A DNA stretch of 55,592 nucleotides, filler included, from Jimgerdemannia flammicorona (Eukaryota): assembly GCA_003990765.1 (NCBI GenBank). It is 3 parts of 3 records of this genome, joined end to end, with 100 filler letters (N's around TTAATTAATTAA, not from the genome) between each part and the next. Parts side by side here need not be neighbours in the genome. Positions count along the whole stretch, not along the records: positions 18,571 to 37,038 come from RBNJ01002207.1; positions 37,139 to 55,592 come from RBNJ01002208.1; 1 more part is not named here. One strand, given 5' to 3'. Position 1 is the first letter of the stretch. Each line of letters starts with the position of its first letter. The notes below the pieces were generated by a model. That model was given only the letters and a program-made list of their open reading frames with translations, did no database searches and had not been told where the DNA came from. Positions 35,200-44,390 of the stretch are shown here, piece after piece. Both the position numbers and the translations under genes were made by a program.

Positions 35200-37038
35200 A
35201 GAGGGGTATTTATACAAAATATAATTCAATGGTTGCTAAGATATAAAGCTAAATATAAATTCCAATAACTAAAACTACTAAGTTCCAGGGTCGGCACTGA
35301 TAGTTGTACAGGTTCAGGATGCTGGTATTATTTAGTGTCACATCAAAATGCCAGTGCTGGAACAATTTCGCATCACCTCAGAATACCAGTGCTGGCATTA
35401 TCCAGTGTTATATGAGAATACTGGCGCTGGCATTATCCAGTGTAACAAAGAACTTAGAGCAGAAAGTTCAGGATCATGGGGGCTTCATCATCATCATCAT
35501 CATCATCACTGAAGGAGATGAGATCCGCGAATTCATCATACAGGTCGCATGTTTCATATACTTTGCGTGCTTCGGGTATATCGCGCGGGATGACGTCATT
35601 GCCGATGACATCATCACGTTCGGCTGTGGTGGGGAAATTGGGAACAAGATCTGGAGCTCTCCAGTCTATGAGGTTCTCTTCTACAAAATAGGGGACAAAT
35701 ATGGGGTCTTGGGGAGATCTAACCCAGATGCTTGGGCCTTGGAATACTGAGATCAATCCTTGTAGGAATTGGTCTGGGTTGTCCTGGAGGATGGGATGCT
35801 AGAAGTCTTCTACTTTATTGCTGTTGAGAGTGATAGTGGACTGAGCTTCTGTGACCGATCAGCTCCTTTCTCTGCTACCTTACCAGTCACAAGGTTTGGT
35901 AGATGACCTTCCGAGTCCCCTTTCCCCTATTATTACCCCCTCTACCTCGGGTTGGTTTGCTGTGCCTGCAGGGGCATGGTGGGAGGAGGGCAATGGTGAT
36001 GAGTTGCCCCTTTATCGGTGTCAGATCGGTGCTTCCTCCACTTTTTCGCGGATTCTGGTGCCTTCGGCTGCGTCTGAGGTATACCCATTTTGGTGCGGCA
36101 CCTTCTTCCTTTTGCCGTCGCCAACAAGGAGTTGTCTCGGTGTGTCTTGGGCTATGTAGGGAGTCGGCTGACCTTGGGCGTCAAGTGCTCAGTGTAGGTT
36201 ACCTGCAGGTCTTCAGTGCCTATAGTGGGGCTCTCTGGCTTTGGCGAGCTTCCTGGTGAGCGCAGTTCTGGCGTAGGTGACTGTTTTTCGGGTGTTGTCG
36301 GGATGGGAGAGGAGATGGCCATCACAGATAGGAGGAAGGGCGATTATGGTGAATCAGTAGGGTGCCAGGCTGGGGGTGGTCATCAGGGCTGGGGCAGGTG
36401 CTGCTTCAGTGGGGCCTTTTGATTGATGCGGCGCGGTTAGGTAGTAGGTGTCACTATCGGCTTCTTTTGGCAGTTAGTGGAGTTGGGCCCCAGTCATCAG
36501 GAGGGGTCAGGAGGCCTGAGGCTACCCATTTCAGGCATCTTGGCTGCACTCAACTAGAACTGGGAGCTGACACGGCAATGTGATCAAGGCCTGTAGGCTT
36601 GAGTAGTGGGGTATTGGGGATTTCCTCCCACCTCACGTATAAGTCCTTTACTCACCTCAACTGGGAGAACCAGGCCCTACCCACCGTATTGTGCTTTGAG
36701 GAGGGTTTTTTCTTTGCCTGTCATTCTCTTTGGGGTGGCAGGGGCTATTCTATTCAGCTCGGGCATGGCCTTGTACATATGTTGGGTTCTCGAGTATGCG
36801 CTTTCAGTTGTTGGCATATGGTTGGGTTTCCCCTGGTGGTAGGGAGAGCATGGTGCACAGAATGAGGTGCGGGCACATAACAGTCCTGCTGCGCCTGGCA
36901 CAGTCAAGCTGCTGGACAATAGCTAGCCTAGGTTAATGGGAGGGCAGTGCTTGGTGGGTGGTGGGGGAGGGTTTTGGCCTATATAGTCTAGGTTCCCTTC
37001 CAATAAAATTCTGCGGGACATGAGTCCGTTAAAAAAAA
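35200..37038 (-). mobile_element. LTR-like region of family D (continues at 18571-18749), with TATA box, short tandem repeats and an accessory ORF
   Basis: GTATAAATACCCC on minus at 35203-35215. GTGCTGGCATTATCCAGTGT-type repeats at ~35290-35445. Upstream ORF homologous to the family E LTR ORF. Termini are not visible because of the gaps. Confidence 0.65.
35454..36930 (-). pseudogene. Family D accessory ORF (stop-interrupted; C-terminal 100 aa = track ORF 35454..35756)
   Basis: C-terminus PILQDNPDQFLQGLISVFQG..VPY..NLIDWRAPDL..FADLISFS..PMILNF aligns with the family E LTR ORF. The 5' limit is uncertain. Confidence 0.6.
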
Positions 37039-37138
37039 NNNNNNNNNNNNNNNNNNNNNNNNNNNNNNNNNNNNNNNNNNNNTTAATTAATTAANNNNNN
37101 NNNNNNNNNNNNNNNNNNNNNNNNNNNNNNNNNNNNNN
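37039..37138. other. Assembly gap with TTAATTAATTAA linker
   Basis: N run. Confidence 0.95.
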
Positions 37139-37375
37139 CCCACCAGTGCCACTTCCACTGCCTGAGCCACTCTGCCCACTCGAGCCACCGAAGGACCCCA
37201 TCCCCAAACCATACCCTCTCCCGACAGTCTGCCAGTCGAAGGCCCCAGGTCCACCCGACCTAGGACGCACGTCGGCTTGCTTGCTGGTTGACATTGCCTT
37301 AGTATCTTTTCTCCAATAAATGCTTCGAAAGTGTGTTGAAAAGTGTGTGTAACGTGAATTGTAGTGGAGAGAGAT
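37139..37375 (-). mobile_element. Probable 5' end (UTR and start of Gly/Ser-rich ORF1) of a LINE inserted in E1 integrase
   Basis: ATG at 37294 opens MSTSKQADVRPRSGG..GSGSGTGG into the gap. G-rich sense strand like the LINE at 51209; abrupt junction with E1 integrase. Confidence 0.4.
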
Positions 37376-37377
37376 GT

Positions 37378-40263
37378 TTCTAAATCATGGTTAATACTCT
37401 AGAACCCTGAGCACTACTGTAAAACCAGTAGTCTCAGTAGTCCAAGATTTGGCTGAGACTATTTCTGATCATATCCAAATGACAAGGAATGCTCTCATAG
37501 AAGTACAAGACTACCAGACTAAGTATGCCAACTTGAAGTAAAGAGAAGCCTCCTATAATATTGGTGATATGGTCATACTCAGAATAGACTATCTTCACTC
37601 TAATACTCTAGCCCAGCAACCATCTAAGAAGCTTCATGCCAGAAGGATTGGACCATATAAGATTGTGAAAAAAGTCAGTAAAATCAACTATAAGCTGTAA
37701 CTCCCTACTAATATCTAAGTTCACCTAGTATTCCATATCAGTCAACTGGTAGACTACCATGTGAATCTATTTCCTGAGCATATAGTTTCATCACTACTCC
37801 TAATTAGGATCAATGATCACAAGGAATTTGAAATTGAGAAAATACTTGACCACAAGATCTGCAAATATACTAGAATAGCTAAGTAGTATTATCTTATCAA
37901 GTAGAAGGATTACTCTACTCATGATGCCACCTGGGAAAAAGAAGAAGTACTGGAGAATATATATGAAGCTCTTCAGAACTATATGGAAACACTCACTCCT
38001 CAGTAAAGAAGGGAACTACAGCTCTAAAAATAGTGAGTATATAGCAAATATAGTGATAATACATATTTATCTAGGATATATAATATCAAATATTATGAAG
38101 AAAAAGAATACTATAATTAGCCAATAAGACAAAAGAATGTTCAGATGAAGAACTCTCCTGAACTAACCCAGCAGAGTTTAGCAAAATATATTTGAACAAC
38201 TCTATTTATGCCATCTGTATCATCTTTATTGAAGAATGATAGATGTTTTATATGGAACTCAAGAAAGCCAACAATCTTAGAACCAGACTCAAGTTCATCT
38301 ACATAATAGATATTATTACTAGAAATTGCCTCAGATTACAAGAAAGTCTATTTTCAAGAGGTTCAAACCCCCAGCTATAATATTGAGAGCCCTTGCCCTA
38401 GATAAGAATAGCCAGTCCTTGGAATATACATCAATGAAACAAAAAAAAAAAAAAACTAAGACCTGTTAACTCTGTGTAACCATAACTGCAAAGTGATAAT
38501 ATCTGTAAAATCAGTAATCTTCATATGACTAGCACATGCTCTGCTTATAGTAACAGATCATATATACCCCTAGGAATGTGATCAAAATGAAGTTATACCA
38601 GACAGGTGAATAAGCATATATATCCAGAGAAGAAACACCTTGTAACCCTCTTCCTCCTTTCCTCTACACAAAGAAAAAATAATATAAAAATACCTATCAT
38701 CTGCCACCAATCTACCCACTACAGCCAGCTCCTGTGAAGCCAAGTGGACAGCCTTTTTGGACATATCCAAATCACTATCTAGAGAAGGAACTGCTGCTCT
38801 AAGGCCCTTAATCTCACCAGCTAGGACCTAGGACACTATGTTCTCAACTGCCACAAAATTATAGAAAGGTCCTACCTTGCTACTAGCTGTCTAGATATCT
38901 GGTATGAATATGAAATTGGACACCAACTCTGCCAGCAGACATAAGACCAAACTGCTGAACAGATCATAGACTGAGTCCACTAAGACAGATATAAGCAAAG
39001 ACTAGTCAAGAAGGTCTACCAAATCATGAAGTATGCACCCTTTGCAATCTCTAACCTTATCTATGTATAACTGAAGGATTTTTAGAACCTCTCCTACTCT
39101 GAGATTAATGCTTTGGAAATTAAGATCATACAAGAAGTTCACTCTTGAATCTCTCTCCTAAATAACAACTCAGACCAATAAATCTAAGGTCTCTCTGACC
39201 TCTTTAAAGGACTGTCCATCTGAATAGATATCCCCTGTATAATGAGCAAGTACCCTATATAGATGGCCTCAACCACATTAGATAGAGAACTCCTACCCTA
39301 CTATCTGCCTCAGCTCAAGAATCATTTGGAGACCTAATTGACTTCTCCTCTCTTAACATCAAGCCATCATCAATTATCCCTCCTATTCTTGGTATAAAAG
39401 ACTATAATAAGAGAGATAAAGTGGAGAATTTCCCAATTTCTCCCTTAGTTCTTAATTTCCAGATCAATAAGAATAGTGATCTCTTTTAAGGGTAGAAGAA
39501 TATAATAAAGTGAATAGATGAGATGTGACAATGAATAAAGATACAATGAGTGATCATATGACTCTATAATAATAATATTACAATCAAGCAATATATAACA
39601 AATAACATATAAATATAACAAATAAGTAGGATGTGAATGATGCAAATAATGTAAATGATGAGATAAATAATATCTAGCTTATCCCCAGCAATCAGTCTGT
39701 AGTAAATTACTGTAGTAACTAATTATTACATAATAAAGATCTTGATCACAAAGGTCATGATCACAAACTCACCATAGTCACCCAAATTAGTCATTTATAC
39801 TTAGTCGGAAATCATGAACCAATCTGTATAAATACCCCCCATATTTTTATCTAAAATAAAGATAGTTTTAGTTTAGTCCTTAATATAAGAATGAAGTCCT
39901 CTTTTCATATATACATTCTCCTGAGTCTTAGTAATGACATCTAAGTGACTCTAGTATTTCTGACTAAACTCTAGAAGTCTAGCTAACTTCTGCCAGAACT
40001 AAGACTGGTATATAATTACAAAGACTTAAGGAAAACTCCTTATTGAATCTGAATTCCAAGGCAAATTCAGTCTATATATAGCAAAGAACAAGTCTCTTAC
40101 AACTATGATTGATAAGAAGAGTACTACCACTATAACTATTTTCAAGCAAGCACTTCCTCAAACTGAAGACTTCTTGGTATACTTATGTACTAAGTCCCTA
40201 AGTAATATCTTATTTTTCTAATTATTTAAGGATAAGAGAGGGGTAGAAATAACAATTATTATA
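37378..40263 (+). mobile_element. Chromovirus family E copy E1: integrase C-terminus and chromodomain, plus ~2.2-kb 3' LTR (38040-40263)
   Basis: GPY motif and chromodomain (EFEIEKILDHK..HDATWEK). Duplicate of 41770-44390. LTR bounded by TATAGC and ATTATA (decayed TGTAGC/GCTACA); TATA at 39826-39838. Confidence 0.8.
38140..39489 (+). pseudogene. Family E LTR-embedded accessory ORF, copy E1 (5' limit approximate)
   Basis: Hand translation: ..IWYEYEIGHQL..KQRLVKKVYQIMKYAPFAISNL..NLSYSEINAL..FGDLIDFS..PLVLNFQ..DLF*. Confidence 0.7.
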
Positions 40264-40505
40264 CTGACCCTACTAGGCTATTTACTTTGACCACAGATAC
40301 CTCTGATATTACTATTGGGGCAGTTCCTAGCTAAGAAGATTGCCCAGTAGCCTACCTGTCCCAAAAGCTCAAGCTAGCTGAGATCTGATATACTATCCAT
40401 ATGAAGAAACTTCTGGTCATTATCATTGCACTTTAGGAATAGTGTTATTTCCTCTTAAGATAATTATTCATGGCCTACACTGATCATCATACTCTATAGT
40501 ATATC

Positions 40506-40748
40506 AAAAAGCAAAAACTTTTTAGATGAGTCCTACATATATTACAATATGGGTCCTCAATTTATTTTCTTCCAAGTGTGTCAGTACTGTTTCACAGACC
40601 ATCTCACCCATGGAGCCCACCTCACACATACCACCTCACCAAGCTCATCTGAGCCTTTTTTCAGTCATACTATTGGTTGATCTTGTAATCCAGCTATCAC
40701 ACCTCAGTCAGCAGCACCTGATGGGTTTCATCCTCTGAGTTATGGTCC
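40506..40748 (-). mobile_element. 243-bp insertion with a 16-bp TSD (TPRT-type retroposon fragment)
   Basis: TACTCTATAGTATATC occurs at 40490-40505 and 40749-40764. Removing the insert restores the RNase H TDH..LxYI..Q.M. segment. AATAAA on minus near its 3' end. Confidence 0.75.
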
Positions 40749-42559
40749 TACTCTATAGTATATCTATACTCAGCCCATGCTGATCTATAAACAAGCCCAT
40801 TGGATGGAAATCATTACTAACTTCAATATGGAAATTAAGTATATCTCAGGCAAAACCAACCATATAGCTGATGGTTTCTCCAGATATATAGAAGATAAAC
40901 TTACCATTATGGTCAAGATTATTGGAGACCTCACTCAGATAATCAAAGATAGCTACCAAAAGGACAGTCCTCTGATAAAATTCCTTCAATTCTGCTAAGA
41001 CCCAGAGGCTGAGGTCCCAGAAGCTATAAAAAGAATATCTAAGAGATTTACATACTATGATGAACTCATCTATATGGACTATGATAGAGTGGTAGTATCT
41101 AATGATAATACTCTGTAGCTCAAGATCATGCAGAAACTTCATAATACTCCGATAGCAGGATACTTTGGTTTTGAAAAGACCTACAATCTCCTCTCAAGAG
41201 AGTTTTACTGACCAAAGATGATCAAGGATATCAAAGACTTTGTGGCCTCATGTGAAATATGTCAAAGATTCAGATAACAAACTACCTGCAGGACTTCTAC
41301 AATCTCTGTTCATTACTAGTCATAACTGGGATTAGATTGTAATGGACTTCATGTCCAGCTCTCCAAAACCAAGGCAGAATGGGATACCATTGTAGTATTT
41401 GTGGACTGCCTGAGTAAGTAAGCTCATTTTGCACCCACTAAGACCACTTTGACAGCCCCTGAGATTGTCGAGATCTTTCTTAACCAAGTATTCAGACTAT
41501 ATAGTATGTCTAGCACTATTATATCTGACTGAGATGCTAAGTTTACAAGCAACTTCTGGAAGATATTCTTTTCTCTCTATGATACCAAGTTGAAGTTCTC
41601 TATAGCCTACTATCTCCAGACTGACAGTCAGACTAAGTGAACTAATAGGACTCTCAAGCAGATACTTAGCATCTTTTGCTATTATAAGTAAAATGATTGG
41701 GACAAGTACCTAGCCTATACCAAGTTTGCCTATAATAATAGTCAGCAAATCTTTACAAAGAAGACTTCATTCTTCCTGAACCATAGATAACACCCAAGGA
41801 CCCCAAGTACTACTGTAAAATCAGCAGTCCCAGCAGCATAATATTTGGCTAAGACCATTTCTGATCTTATCCAAATGATAAGAGATACTCTCATAGAAGT
41901 ACAGGACTATCAGACCAAGTATACCAACTTGAAGTGAAGAGAAGCCTCCTATAATATCAGTGACATAGTCATACTCAGAACAGACTATCTTCACTCTAAT
42001 ATCCTGGCCCAGCAATTATCCAAAAAGCTTTATGCCAGAAGAATTGGATCATATAAGATTGTGGAAAAAGTCAGTAAAGTCAACTACAAGTTGCAACTCT
42101 CTGCCAATATCCAAGTTCACCCAGTATTCCATATTAGTCAACTGGTGGACTACTATGTGAATCTATTTTCTGAGCATATAGTTCCACCACTATACCTAAT
42201 TAGGATCAATGATTATGAGAAATTCAAAATTGAGAAAGTACTTAATCACAAGGTCTGCAAATATACTAGAATAGCTAAGTAGTTTTTTCTCATCAAGTGG
42301 AAGGGTTATCCCACCCATGATGCCATCTGGGAAAAGAAAGAAGTACTAGAGAATATATGTAAAGCTCTTCAGAACTATATGGAAACACTCACTTCTCAGT
42401 AAAGAAAGGAACTATAGCTCTAAAAAATGGTGAGCATATAGCAAATATAGTAATAATATATATCTATCTAAGATATATAATATCAAATATTATAAAGAAT
42501 AGAAATACTATAATTAACCAACAGAAGAACTCCTCTGAACTAACTTAGTAAGGTTTAGC

Positions 42560-43654
42560 AAAATACATTTGAACAACTCTATTTATACCATCTGTATCAT
42601 CTCTATTGGTGAATGATGGATACTTCATATAAAATTCAAGAAAGCCAACTATGTTAGCATATGCTCTGCTTACAGCAACAGATCATATGTGCCTCTAGGA
42701 ATGTGATTAAAATGAAGTTACACCAGATAGGTGAATAAGTATAAATACTCAGAGAAGAAATACTTTGTAACCCTCATCTCCTTTTCCTCTCTACAAAGAA
42801 AAAGCAATATAAGAATGCCTGCTACTTACTGCCAAACTGCCTGCCACAGCTAGCCCCTACTAAGACAAGTAAACTGCCTTTTTGAATATATTCAGATTAC
42901 TATTCAAGGAAGGAACTACTGCTCTGAGGCCCTTAATCTCACCAGTCAGAACCTAGGACACTATGTTCTCAATCACTATAAAGTCATTAAAAGGGCTTAC
43001 TGTACTACCAGCTACCTAGAAATCTAATATAAATATGAAATTAGATACTAACTCTACCAGTGAACATAAGACTAAACTGCCAAACAGATTATGGACTAGG
43101 CTTATTTAGATAGGCATAAGCAAAAACTAGCTAGGAAGTTTCACTAAATTATGAAGTATACACCCTTTAAAATTCCCAATCTTACTTATATATAACTAAA
43201 GAATTTCCAGAACCTCTCCTATTCTGAGATTGATGCATTGAAAATCAAGATCACACAAGAAGTCTACTCTTAGATTCCTCTCAAGTTTACTGACTGCAAA
43301 CTCTACTAGAGTCTCCTCCTGAATGATAACTCCGACCAACAGATCCAAGACCTCTCTGACCTCTTTGAAGGACTACCTATCTGAATGGATATCCTTCTGC
43401 ATAATGAACAAGAACTCTATATAGATAGCCCTAATTACATTAGATGGTGAACTCCTATCCTATAGTCTGCCCTAATTTAAGAATTATTTGAAGATCTCAT
43501 TGACTTCTCCACCCTTGATATTGAGCCATCAATAACTACCTCTCTCACTATTGACATGAAAGACTATAATGAAGTAGAGGATGAAGTAGAGAATTCTCCA
43601 ATCCCTCTCTTGGTTCTTAATTTTTAGATCAATAAGGATAGTGATCTCTTTTAA
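42560..43654 (+). pseudogene. Family E LTR-embedded accessory ORF, copy E2 (internal deletion relative to E1)
   Basis: ..LDRHKQKLARK..IPNL..NLSYSEIDAL..LLNDNSDQQIQDLSDLFEG..FEDLIDFS..PLLVLNF..DLF*. Confidence 0.7.
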
Positions 43655-44390
43655 GAGGAGAAGGATGTAACAGAATGATATAAATAAGTAAATAGACAAG
43701 ATATAATAATGAAGAATAATATAATAAACAATCACATGACCCAGCAGTGATGATATTATAATTGAGTGATATATGATGAATAATATATAAATAATGAATA
43801 TAACAAATGAACAGAATATAAATGATATAATAAATAATATCTAGCTTATCTCTAGCAACTGGTACCACAGTAAATCACTGCAGTAACTAATTATTACCTA
43901 ATAACCCATATTATAAAGGTTCTGATCACAAAGGTCCTGATCACAAAGATCATAATCACAAACTCACCATAGTTACTAAATTAGTTACTTATACTTAACA
44001 AGAAATCATAAACCAACTTATATAAATACCCCCCATATTTCCATCCAAAATAAAGATAGTTTTAGTTCAGTCCTTGATATAAGAATCAAGTTTCTCCTCT
44101 ATATACACATTCTTCTAAGTCTTAGTAATGATACCTAAGTAACTCTAGTATTTCCAACTAAACTCTAAAAGTCTAGCTAACTTTTACCAGAACTAAGGCC
44201 AGTATATAAATCACAAAGACTTAAGGAAACTTCTTATTGAACCTGAATTCCAAGGTGAATTCAGTCTGTGCACAGCAAGAACAAGTCTCTTACAACTATG
44301 GTTGATAAGAAGGATACTACCACTACAACTACTTTTAAGCAAGCACTTCTTTATACTGAAGACTTCTTGGTATACTTATATACTAAGTTC

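Larger units (their letters stand above)
40264..44390 (+). mobile_element. Chromovirus family E copy E2: RNase H, integrase, chromodomain (to ~42402) and truncated 3' LTR (42437-44390)
   Basis: DPTR.FTLTTD.SD, TDH, CEICQR, VDCLSK.AHF and ORF 42061..42282 (HPVFHISQL). TATA at 44021. Confidence 0.85.

Noticed and set aside
35454..36930. Argument that the D ORF is real because all its stops revert by T-to-C
   Set aside because: Every stop codon starts with T, so this is uninformative. Only the homology to family E was used as evidence.
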